This document shows, in pieces, positions 18,215 through 26,503 of a stretch of 64,000 bases of DNA (its first letter is position 1; each line of letters begins with the position of its first letter). A program made the translations under genes and the position numbers. Below the pieces are notes generated by a model. That model did no database searches. It was not told the origin of the DNA and worked only from the letters and a program-made list of their open reading frames with translations. Location of the stretch: contig MFUZ01000009.1 of the NCBI GenBank assembly GCA_001785865.1, forward strand, positions 15,309 through 79,308, read 5' to 3'. The DNA comes from Candidatus Nomurabacteria bacterium RIFCSPLOWO2_01_FULL_41_18. Lineage in GTDB: Bacteria > Patescibacteriota > Minisyncoccia > Phycocordibacterales > UBA9973.

Positions 18215-19894
18215 ATGCAAAAAAATTGCCAAACATGTAACAAAGAGTTCGAAATAAGAAAGGATGATTTGATTTTTTACGATCAAGTAAAAACCGCTCC
18301 CCCAGAGGACTGCCCCGACTGCCGAGCGATGCGTCGCCTTGCTTTCCGCAATGAGCGAACTTTCTACAAAAGGCCTTGCGATCTTTGCAAGAAGGATATG
18401 ATTTCTCTCTATACGACCAATTCTCCTTACACGGTGTATTGCCACGAATGCTGGTGGAGCGATAAATGGGATCCTAAAAATTTCGCCCAAGATTACGATC
18501 CCAATAAAACATTTTTTGAACAATATGGAGAATTGCAAAAGAAAGTCCCAAGATTGTCTTTGATGATGATCAACTCCGTACGGAGCGAATATACAAACGG
18601 TGCAGCCGACAATAAAGATTGCTATCTCATCTTTGCAGCAGATGGCAACCAAGATTGCCTATACGGGAGATTGGTCCAAAGATCAAAAAACTGCGTCGAT
18701 TGTGCTTTTATCTACGATTCAGAATTATGCTACGAGTGCATCGATACTCATGAATCCTTTAAATGTATGTATTCCGAACAATGCACCGCCTCGAGCGATC
18801 TCTTATTCTGCTACAACATGCGCAACTCAAATAATTGTATTTTTTGCGTCAATGGAAGAAATATTTCTAACGCGATTTTAAATGTAAAATATTCAAGAGA
18901 AGAGTTTGAGAAAAAGAAAAAAGAACTCCTGTCCAGCTATGAAAACATCGAAAAAGCAAAGAAAGAATTTACAGAATTAAAAAACAAGACAATCGTTAAA
19001 TACTCTGCGCAAGTAAAATGTCACAACATTACGGGCGACCATCTATACAATTGCTATGACGGGATACGAGCATTCGATAGTTCGAGCGCAAAAAATTCTT
19101 CCTACATCGCTGACGCCGAGGACTCTATCGATTGCATGGATTTGAACAATTGTTATTACAAGCCCGAACTTTGTTACAACATGATGGGTGTCTTGCAAAG
19201 CAGTAAATGTAAAAACGGTGCTTTCGTATTTTATTGCAATGAAGTTGAATATTCTGAAAATTGCCACAATGTGACGAGTGCCATCGGGTGCAACGCTATA
19301 CGCAAGGGTCAGTATATGATTTTCAATAAAGAGTATTCAAAAGAAGATTTTTACAAAATCAAAGAACAAATCGATGCACAGATGAAAAAAGATGGAACTT
19401 ACGGACAATTTTTCCCGCCAGAGCTCGCCCCTTTTGGCTTTAATGAAACTCTGGGAAATGATTATTATCCACTTACCAAAAAGGAAGCAGAAGAAAAAGG
19501 TTTCAAATGGCAAGATCAAACTACTGGCACATACGGAAAAGAAACAATCAAAGAAAATGAAATTCCGGAGACCATTACTGAGGTCACAGAAGATATTTTA
19601 AATGAAATTTTGGTTTGCAAGGACTGCAAAAAGAATTTCCGTATCACTCAATCAGAGTTGGATTTCTACAAGAGGATGAACATTCCTCTCCCGCACAAAG
19701 ACTTTGAATGCCGACACCGTGACAGAATGAAGAAGCGCAATCCTCGCAAGCTTTGGCCTCGTTTCTGTATGTGTAAACTAAAAACTCATCAACACGGCAC
19801 AGAAAAATGTGAAAACGAATTCGAAACCTCCTACTCCCCCGACAGACCCGAGATAGTTTACTGCGAAAAGTGTTATCAACAGGAAGTTTCCTAG
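18215..19894 (+). CDS. Large Cys-rich protein with a repeated N- and C-terminal zinc-ribbon-like module and a central array of Cys pairs
   Basis: N-terminus CQTC..FEI....LIFYDQ....PEDCPDCRAMRR...RNER mirrored at the C-terminus as CKDC..FRI...ELDFYKRM..PLP..CRHRDR; about 45 Cys overall. Confidence 0.6.
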   Translation: MQKNCQTCNKEFEIRKDDLIFYDQVKTAPPEDCPDCRAMRRLAFRNERTFYKRPCDLCKKDMISLYTTNSPYTVYCHECWWSDKWDPKNFAQDYDPNKTFFEQYGELQKKVPRLSLMMINSVRSEYTNGAADNKDCYLIFAADGNQDCLYGRLVQRSKNCVDCAFIYDSELCYECIDTHESFKCMYSEQCTASSDLLFCYNMRNSNNCIFCVNGRNISNAILNVKYSREEFEKKKKELLSSYENIEKAKKEFTELKNKTIVKYSAQVKCHNITGDHLYNCYDGIRAFDSSSAKNSSYIADAEDSIDCMDLNNCYYKPELCYNMMGVLQSSKCKNGAFVFYCNEVEYSENCHNVTSAIGCNAIRKGQYMIFNKEYSKEDFYKIKEQIDAQMKKDGTYGQFFPPELAPFGFNETLGNDYYPLTKKEAEEKGFKWQDQTTGTYGKETIKENEIPETITEVTEDILNEILVCKDCKKNFRITQSELDFYKRMNIPLPHKDFECRHRDRMKKRNPRKLWPRFCMCKLKTHQHGTEKCENEFETSYSPDRPEIVYCEKCYQQEVS

Positions 19895-21657
19895 TTATTT
19901 TTTCGTACTCCGTGTTTAGTGTGCAATTTTTCTATTTCTTTTTCTTCAAGTTCTTCTTTTTTTTCTTTTCCTTTATCTCCAAGCGCCTTTAGTTCTTTAT
20001 CATCAAGTTTATCCATAGATTTTACCAACTCTGACAACTTTTCTACAGTATTTTTCTTTGGATCTTCTAAAACTTCTTCCAATAACGCACTTAAAATCCA
20101 CCCCATGCGGGGTCCAGGCTTGATTCCGAGCTTGTGTATCATAAATTCTCCGTTTATTTTTAATTGGCCGACGGAAATAGGGTCTCGCAGTGCCTCTTCT
20201 ATCATGGCAAAATACTTCCGCAGTCGATACGGAGCTTCTTTTTTCTTCATCCCTACCCTATCACATTCCCTTACTTTCATTAAATCCCAAATTGGATGAT
20301 CTTTATTTTCTTTTTTATCCGCCAAAGCTTTAGCGTCGGCGGGGCCAACTTTTGTAATGATTCTACGCACTGCAGAAAGTGTAATTAGCTCCGTATCAGA
20401 GAAAAACATATGATTGCGGACGAGTTTTTCCACAAGATCAGTTTCCTTTTTTGGAAATCTCAGCCTCTCCATTATTTTTTTTGCCATCCGCGCCCCAATA
20501 ACTTCATGGCCGTAAAAAGTGTATTTCTTTTTGCTTCTCGCTGGAAATAAATTCTTTGACATTCCTCCAGTCTCCGACTGGAACCTTCCGTCTGCAGAAT
20601 TTTTTTTCCGCTCCGAAGCAGGTTTAGGGAGATTCTTCACGCGGAAGGTTCCGCCCGAAGGGTGGAGGAAAGCGGAAGAATTTTCCTGAACCTGCGAAAC
20701 ATCTCTGCGACTTTTTGGCTTTCCAATATCGTGGAAAAGCGCAGAAAGCCTTATTTCTAAAGGCCAGTTTTTGTCGGCAGCGTGCTGGAGAGCATGCAAT
20801 AAATGTTCCCAAACATCATAAATGTGCTCCCCTAATTGTTCGCACTTTATCCCCTCCTCTAATTCTGGAATAATATTTTTTAGCAATCCGAATTTTTGCA
20901 GCATCACGATTCCGCTCGCAGGATTTTTCGACAAAATTATTTTTATAAACTCGTCGCGAATTCTTTCCGGAGAAATATTTTTTATCAAGTCCGCATTTTT
21001 AAAAATGCTTTCTGCAGTTTCTGATGAAATAGAAAAATTTAATTGTATCGCAAACCTCACCGCCCGCAACATTCGGAGTGCATCTTCTTTAAAACGATCA
21101 CCTCCTTCCCCTACTGTCCTCAATGTCTTGTCCTTTATGTCCTTTATACCATTAAACATATCTACGAGATGTCCTTTAGAATTTAAAGCGAGGGCGTTGA
21201 CCGTAAAGTCACGTCTTTTAAGATCATCTTCTAGCTTATCACTAAATTTCACCTCATCAGGATGTCTAAAATCGCTATATTTTGCTTCAATTCTATATGG
21301 GGTGACTTCCACAATGGTGGTTGTTTCTCCTACCAACACTGAAGCTTTTGTGGACAAGTGTGAAACACTATCAATTGTGGTTTCACGGGAAACTACCACT
21401 CCCACTGTGCCAAAAGTATTCTCATACACAGTCTTCTTGAAAAGTTTAATGATTTCTTCTGGTTTAGCATTGGTTGTGACATCCCAATCTTTAGGTTCCC
21501 TTCCTCCTTCGGCTCCGCTCAGGATCTGCGACATCATAAGATCTCTTACACATCCACCCACCAAATATGCTTCAAAACCAGCTTGCTCAAGGGCATCTGT
21601 TACATGTGAAACAGTTTTTGGTATTTTTTCTATTAAGTTTTTATATTGACTGTTCAA
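19891..21657 (-). CDS. cca: CCA-adding tRNA nucleotidyltransferase / poly(A) polymerase family with HD domain
   Basis: GGCVRDLMM head motif; HD motif LFHDIGKP; about 50-aa Arg/Ser/Lys-rich insertion inside the HD domain; Glu/Lys-rich C-terminal tail. Confidence 0.8.
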   Translation of the reverse strand: MNSQYKNLIEKIPKTVSHVTDALEQAGFEAYLVGGCVRDLMMSQILSGAEGGREPKDWDVTTNAKPEEIIKLFKKTVYENTFGTVGVVVSRETTIDSVSHLSTKASVLVGETTTIVEVTPYRIEAKYSDFRHPDEVKFSDKLEDDLKRRDFTVNALALNSKGHLVDMFNGIKDIKDKTLRTVGEGGDRFKEDALRMLRAVRFAIQLNFSISSETAESIFKNADLIKNISPERIRDEFIKIILSKNPASGIVMLQKFGLLKNIIPELEEGIKCEQLGEHIYDVWEHLLHALQHAADKNWPLEIRLSALFHDIGKPKSRRDVSQVQENSSAFLHPSGGTFRVKNLPKPASERKKNSADGRFQSETGGMSKNLFPARSKKKYTFYGHEVIGARMAKKIMERLRFPKKETDLVEKLVRNHMFFSDTELITLSAVRRIITKVGPADAKALADKKENKDHPIWDLMKVRECDRVGMKKKEAPYRLRKYFAMIEEALRDPISVGQLKINGEFMIHKLGIKPGPRMGWILSALLEEVLEDPKKNTVEKLSELVKSMDKLDDKELKALGDKGKEKKEELEEKEIEKLHTKHGVRKNN

Positions 21658-21668
21658 GATTTACTTTG

Positions 21669-21740
21669 TGCACCCGGCAAGACTCGAACTTGCAATAATA
21701 GTTCCGAAGACTATTGTGATATCCGTTTCACTACGGGTGC
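21669..21740 (-). tRNA. tRNA-Arg (anticodon TCG)
   Basis: Reverse complement GCACCCGTAGTGAAACGGATATCACAATAGTCTTCGGAACTATTATTGCAAGTTCGAGTCTTGCCGGGTGCA folds as a cloverleaf; anticodon loop CTTCGGA. Confidence 0.8.
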
Positions 21741-21894
21741 AAATTATTTTTTAATATGATAATTTTACACTATTTTTTATATAATGGCAAATAATGCTTA
21801 TTCTATAAGGAAATTTTGACCCAAAGTGGCAATTGCATTAGATGCTACAAAATACTATAATGTTTGCAACATTAATTTGGAATAAAAAAAAATT

Positions 21895-21965
21895 GCGGTC
21901 ATGGTTTAGTGGTAGAACACGTCCTTGCCAAGGATGAGACGGGAGTTCGATTCTCCCTGGCCGCA
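21895..21965 (+). tRNA. tRNA-Gly (anticodon GCC)
   Basis: GCGGTCA acceptor, T-arm GGGAGTTCGATTCTCCC, anticodon loop TTGCCAA. Confidence 0.85.
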
Positions 21966-22190
21966 CAAATATAAGCAATTTCAATGTCCTTTATTAATAA
22001 CTTTAACACATAAGGGTTTTACTAAAACTGGGGATAACTGTGTTGGTAATGTTCATAAAGGACATAACAAAAGTTTGTCTTTTATGGTCGTTTTTAGCTA
22101 AATACGTTATAAAATAAGGGTTTTAGTATAAAAGACATTAAATTATACATGTACGTTTCACGTGAAACGTGTTACATATGAAACAACTAA

Positions 22191-22616
22191 ATGCCTAAAG
22201 TATTCACCTCAGAAAAACAAAAAATAGGGGAAATAGGTGAAAATATAGCAGTGAAGTTTCTCATGAAACATAATTTCTCGATTTTAGACCGAAATTACAC
22301 AAAAAAATGGGGTGAAATAGACATAGTAGCTGAAAAACAAAATAAACTTTATTTTATAGAAGTGAAAAGCGTTTCTCGTGAAACACTGAATACTTTTATA
22401 CCAAAATCGTACAATGACTCCGACGAGAGATACGAACACAGACCAGAAGACAATATGCATCCTTGGAAATTAAAACGTCTCTCGCGCACAATTCAAACTT
22501 ATATTTTATCTAAAAATCTGGACGAAAAAGAATGGCAAGTAGATTTGCTTGTGGTTTATTTATGTCAGAAAGAAAAGAAGGCAAGGGTAAAGGTAGTAAG
22601 TGATATTATTTTGTGA
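22191..22616 (+). CDS. yraN: YraN/UPF0102-family endonuclease
   Basis: IGEIGENIAVKFLMKHNFSILDRNY....GEIDIVAEK..KLYFIEVKS, family signature. Confidence 0.7.
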   Translation: MPKVFTSEKQKIGEIGENIAVKFLMKHNFSILDRNYTKKWGEIDIVAEKQNKLYFIEVKSVSRETLNTFIPKSYNDSDERYEHRPEDNMHPWKLKRLSRTIQTYILSKNLDEKEWQVDLLVVYLCQKEKKARVKVVSDIIL

Positions 22617-22706
22617 CCCTTCGATAAACTCGGGCCTTCGCTCTGAGACTCAGGCTCGAAGAGGTCATGGTGAATTTAATAGAACCATGATATACTCGTT
22701 TTTATT

Positions 22707-22777
22707 CGGGCCGTAGTATACCGGTAGTACAAGTGCTTTGGGAGCATTTAGACTGGGTTCAATTCCCAGCGGCCCGA
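22707..22777 (+). tRNA. tRNA-Pro (anticodon TGG)
   Basis: CGGGCCG acceptor, anticodon stem AGTGC/GCATT with loop TTTGGGA, T-arm CTGGGTTCAATTCCCAG. Confidence 0.8.
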
Positions 22778-22781
22778 CATT

Positions 22782-23192
22782 ATGACTTCATTTGCTTTGC
22801 TTTTTACACTCTCAACGATTGGAATCAGTGAAACTGTTTATCTTATTCGCAAGAGAATCGCTTTAGAAAAACCTATCTGTCCGATCGGAGGGGGCTGTGA
22901 AAAAGTGCTAGAAAGTAAATACAATAAGATTTTTTTCATCCACAATGATGTTGTGGGCCTTTTATCTTACATAATAATTTCTGTCATAGCGGCATTTTTG
23001 GTAATTGAGGTCCCGCCGGCCACTTTGTGGAGCTTGCTAATTAAAATTCTCGTTGTGACAGCTTCGCTCGCATCTTTGTTTTTCACATATCTGCAATGGC
23101 GTGTCCTCCGAGCTTGGTGCTTTTGGTGTCTGATGTCGGCATTTACAATCTGGCTGATGGCGATTATAATATTGGTAAGTGCAGTAATTTAA
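22782..23192 (+). CDS. Vitamin K epoxide reductase (VKOR)-family thiol oxidoreductase
   Basis: Loop Cys pair CPIGGGC and TM-embedded CFWC active-site motif; 4 TM helices. Confidence 0.7.
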   Translation: MTSFALLFTLSTIGISETVYLIRKRIALEKPICPIGGGCEKVLESKYNKIFFIHNDVVGLLSYIIISVIAAFLVIEVPPATLWSLLIKILVVTASLASLFFTYLQWRVLRAWCFWCLMSAFTIWLMAIIILVSAVI

Positions 23193-23194
23193 TT

Positions 23195-23608
23195 ATGAAC
23201 AAAACTTCATTTCATATTTTAAGAGTCGGGCTCGCCATAACTTTTTTATGGATTGGTGTTTTAATTTTTAAACAACCTGAAGCTTGGGGAGGGTATCTGG
23301 CGCCATGGGCCGCCAACCTATTGCCCGTACCCATTGAGCAGGCCATGATGGGAACCGCATTCGTAGATATTTTAATCGGAGTTTTCTTATTGATTGATTC
23401 GTTTGTATGGATTGCAGCACTGGTGGGAGCACTACATTTGATAGCTGTCCTAGTAGTGAGCGGTATTACTGACATAACAGTCAGAGATATTGGAATTTTG
23501 GCAGGAATGGTCGCATTGATGGCGGATTCTCTTCCGAAAACTTTGATCGACAAAATACAATCATGGACAAAAAGGGGAAATGGGTCAGAACAAACAAATC
23601 AAAGTTAG
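23195..23608 (+). CDS. DoxX-like membrane protein
   Basis: 4 TM helices with a DoxX-like N-terminal helix (ILRVGLAITFLWIGVLIF); start taken at MNKTSFH, 3 nt after the VKOR stop. Confidence 0.5.
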   Translation: MNKTSFHILRVGLAITFLWIGVLIFKQPEAWGGYLAPWAANLLPVPIEQAMMGTAFVDILIGVFLLIDSFVWIAALVGALHLIAVLVVSGITDITVRDIGILAGMVALMADSLPKTLIDKIQSWTKRGNGSEQTNQS

Positions 23609-23645
23609 TCACTTTGCAGATTATTATTAATTTTATTTACAAATT

Positions 23646-24107
23646 ATGAATAAAACAATATCTTTCGTTTTAATTTTAATAGTTGTCGCCTTAGGGGGTT
23701 ACTTTTTATTTAAAAGTCCGAAAGTTCAAGCGCCAGTTTCTCCATCAGGAATAACCAACAATGAAAATGAAACTGAGACAACAGATCAGACCACGAATGA
23801 CAGCAACATAGCCAGCCCTGTAATAATTTATAGCAATACGGGCTATGCACCCAGCACGATAACCATAAAAGCCGGGACTATTGTAACGTTCAAAAACGAA
23901 AGCTCTTTATCAATGTGGACAGCTTCCGCATCTCACCCTACACATGGAGTCTATCCTACGACTGGTGGTTGCCTTGGTAGCACTTTCGATTCCTGCAAAG
24001 GTATTTTGCCTGGAGAATCCTGGTCATTTAAATTTGACGAGGTTGGAAATTGGAAATATCACGATCATTTGAAACCCAGCTTCTTTGGAACTATTGTCGT
24101 AGAATAA
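23646..24107 (+). CDS. Secreted or anchored cupredoxin-like beta-sandwich protein with a Cys pair (no canonical type-1 Cu ligand set)
   Basis: N-terminal TM or signal anchor; TITIKAGTIVTFKN...; C-terminal GNWKYHDH; CxxxxxxxxC pair. Confidence 0.4.
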   Translation: MNKTISFVLILIVVALGGYFLFKSPKVQAPVSPSGITNNENETETTDQTTNDSNIASPVIIYSNTGYAPSTITIKAGTIVTFKNESSLSMWTASASHPTHGVYPTTGGCLGSTFDSCKGILPGESWSFKFDEVGNWKYHDHLKPSFFGTIVVE

Positions 24108-24201
24108 ATTTTAGTTCAAAAATTTTGTAACTCGAGAACAATACTAGTAGATACCCAGTATTGTTTTTGGTGTTTTTTTAGGGTATAAATAATGAGCGAA
24201 G

Positions 24202-24272
24202 GCGGGATTAGTTTAATGGTAAAATAACAGTTTTCCAAACTGTGGACAGGAGTTCGATTCTCCTATCCCGCA
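24202..24272 (+). tRNA. tRNA-Gly (anticodon TCC)
   Basis: GCGGGAT acceptor, anticodon stem ACAGT/ACTGT with loop TTTCCAA, T-arm GGAGTTCGATTCTCC. Confidence 0.85.
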
Positions 24273-24273
24273 C

Positions 24274-25017
24274 ATGTCAACATATATTTTTGCATTGGCC
24301 AGCGTGGTGGTAGTGAGCCTAGTTTCATTAGTTGGAATATTAGGGCTTTCTTTTAGAAAAGATCTGCTCGAAAAATATATTTTTATCTTCATCAGTCTCG
24401 CAGTAGGCGCGCTCCTGGGAGATGCATTCATCCACCTCATCCCCGAAGCTTTCGAATCGGCCAATCCGCTCCTTGTGAGTATTCTCATCGTCGCAGGGAT
24501 CTTGCTTTTTTTTGTACTGGAGAAATTCCTACACTGGCACCACCACGGAGACGATACAGAGAAGAATCACGTCCACCCCATGGGAAAATTGATCCTGATT
24601 TCGGACGGAGTCCACAACTTCATCGACGGAGTAATCATAGGCACAAGCTTCATGATAAGCATTCCGATCGGCTTAGCGACCACGCTCGCAGTCATTTTGC
24701 ATGAGATTCCTCAAGAAATAGGGGATTTTGCCGTGTTGTTACACGCCGGCTACCACAAGACCCGTGCACTCTTTCTAAATTTTCTATCGGCACTTTTGGC
24801 TATTGTGGGAGTCATAGTGGCCCTGCTTTTAGGGGAAGTGGTACAGAGCTTCGTCACCTATTTTTTACCGATCGCCGCCGGAGGATTTATTTACGTGGCA
24901 ATAGCAGACCTAATGCCTGAACTTCATAAAACAAAAAATATCAAATATTCCATGCTGCAATTGACCGCAGTCATCGTCGGTATTTTGGCTATGATTTTTC
25001 TCACTCTCCTCGAATAG
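24274..25017 (+). CDS. zupT: ZIP-family divalent metal transporter (ZupT-like)
   Basis: HEIPQEIGDFAVLLHAGY signature, His-rich loop HWHHHGDD, 8 TM helices. Confidence 0.8.
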   Translation: MSTYIFALASVVVVSLVSLVGILGLSFRKDLLEKYIFIFISLAVGALLGDAFIHLIPEAFESANPLLVSILIVAGILLFFVLEKFLHWHHHGDDTEKNHVHPMGKLILISDGVHNFIDGVIIGTSFMISIPIGLATTLAVILHEIPQEIGDFAVLLHAGYHKTRALFLNFLSALLAIVGVIVALLLGEVVQSFVTYFLPIAAGGFIYVAIADLMPELHKTKNIKYSMLQLTAVIVGILAMIFLTLLE

Positions 25018-26130
25018 TTAGAAAGGATTTTTACCTCCTAGGACTTCGAAATGCAAATGAGGTCCGGTCGAGCGTCCGGTAGATCCCACATAACCGATCA
25101 CACTAGACTGTTCGACTTGTGCGCCGGTAGATGTCCCCAATCGGGACATATGAGCATACAAGGTTTTTGTTCCGTTCGGATGCTGGATCACAACATAATT
25201 TCCAAAACCGCCATTGTAGCCATTTCGCGCGATCAAAACCTTTCCCGCAGCCGCAGCGTGAATCTGTGTGCCGGTAGGAGCCGCCAAGTCTACGCCTTTA
25301 TGTCCAGGCACTAGACCTCGAGTCTTTCGCGCCCCCGGAAGTGGGTTTACAAAAGATCCGGCCACACTAGGAGAAGGTGAGCCACCACTTGCGACCTGGC
25401 CACCAGTGCCAGTGCCAGTGCCAGTGCCAGTGCCAGTGCCAGTGCTTTTTGGTTTAATGTCTGCTAACAAACCTGCTCCGGGAATAATCAACTTCTGTCC
25501 AATCGTGAGCTTTGAATCTTTGTCTATATCGTTTGCATCCAGCATATCGTCCAAGCTTACTTTATGACGATTGGCTATGCCTTGAGGCGTGTCACCGCTT
25601 ATTACAGTATATTCCACTCCGGAAAATGGGAGAATGAGCAGAACATCATCGATTTGGAGTTTGTCGCCTTTTTTCATATTGTTAGCAGACAAGACGGTGT
25701 CTTCGGTAACATTAAACATTTCAGCTATTTGAGATAAGCTATCGCCACTTCTGACCACATAAAAACTCACTTGATCCAAGGAAAAATCTTCCAATTCGGC
25801 ATTCGCCTCCGAAGAGACACCCATCGGGCCCGTTACCGGCAAAAGAGCACTATCAGAAACTATATTTACCTCGGCATTCGCGACGATATCTTCGTCATTT
25901 TTCGCTTCATTTTTGGTGTTTTTGTCTCCATATGAAAAAGAGGAAGTATTGGCCTCTAGAAGCGCCATGGTCCCAGAAGTCTCCGGAAGAGTTGAATTTA
26001 TGGCTTGTGCCGACCCGATCGTTACCCGAGTGTCGGCATGGGCATCGTCGCCTAAAAGCAACGATAAAAGGCCAGCCTCCGCCTGGAGAGGGGTAGACGC
26101 GAATAACAACACAAAAGCGACCCTAATCAA
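25018..26130 (-). CDS. Secreted LysM-domain M23 (lysostaphin-like) peptidoglycan endopeptidase
   Basis: Two LysM modules (YVVRSGDSLSQIAEMF; YTVISGDTPQGIANRH); M23 motifs HKGVDL, GNYVVIQH, GSTGRSTGPHLHFEV; (Gly-Thr)7 linker. Confidence 0.85.
   Translation of the reverse strand: MIRVAFVLLFASTPLQAEAGLLSLLLGDDAHADTRVTIGSAQAINSTLPETSGTMALLEANTSSFSYGDKNTKNEAKNDEDIVANAEVNIVSDSALLPVTGPMGVSSEANAELEDFSLDQVSFYVVRSGDSLSQIAEMFNVTEDTVLSANNMKKGDKLQIDDVLLILPFSGVEYTVISGDTPQGIANRHKVSLDDMLDANDIDKDSKLTIGQKLIIPGAGLLADIKPKSTGTGTGTGTGTGTGGQVASGGSPSPSVAGSFVNPLPGARKTRGLVPGHKGVDLAAPTGTQIHAAAAGKVLIARNGYNGGFGNYVVIQHPNGTKTLYAHMSRLGTSTGAQVEQSSVIGYVGSTGRSTGPHLHFEVLGGKNPF
25405..25446. repeat. Perfect hexanucleotide tandem repeat (AGTGCC)x7 inside the LysM/M23 gene, encoding a (Thr-Gly)n linker
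   Basis: ccagtgccagtgccagtgccagtgccagtgccagtgccagtgc read directly. Confidence 0.9.
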
Positions 26131-26503
26131 CAGAGAAATAGCGAAAAGGGAGCTGAATATTTTAAATAGTGGTTTTATAAAACAAACAAAATATCGTAAG
26201 ATTCCTTTCTAACCCTTACAAAATAAGGGTAGAATTACAGGACGACCAAATAGTACTGCAAACAAAGGGTCTCACGATGGTTACTATCATCTCTAGCATT
26301 CGGTTAGCTCAGGTCATACCTCTACTCCGAAACTATAAGGTAAGAGTACCCTAAACAGGGAGAGAAATCAAACCTTCAAGACCTCCGATGTGGATAACTA
26401 ATTTGACCTAAAAACTGGACAAAAAGATAAGAAGGCGGTATAATTAATAGATATTTTAATAGAAAACTGGTATTGCAAGGCCTAAAAATATATAATACAA
26501 AAG

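Noticed and set aside
17930-19894. HypF-like maturase split into acylphosphatase and zinc-finger parts
   Set aside because: The HypF Zn-finger signature (CxxC...RRY.YPF..C..CGPR) is not matched in order or spacing. No YrdC or Kae1-like domains follow.
25398-25450. Possible CRISPR-like short repeat array
   Set aside because: It is a 6-nt perfect microsatellite inside a coding frame, giving (Thr-Gly)n. There are no spacers and no cas genes.
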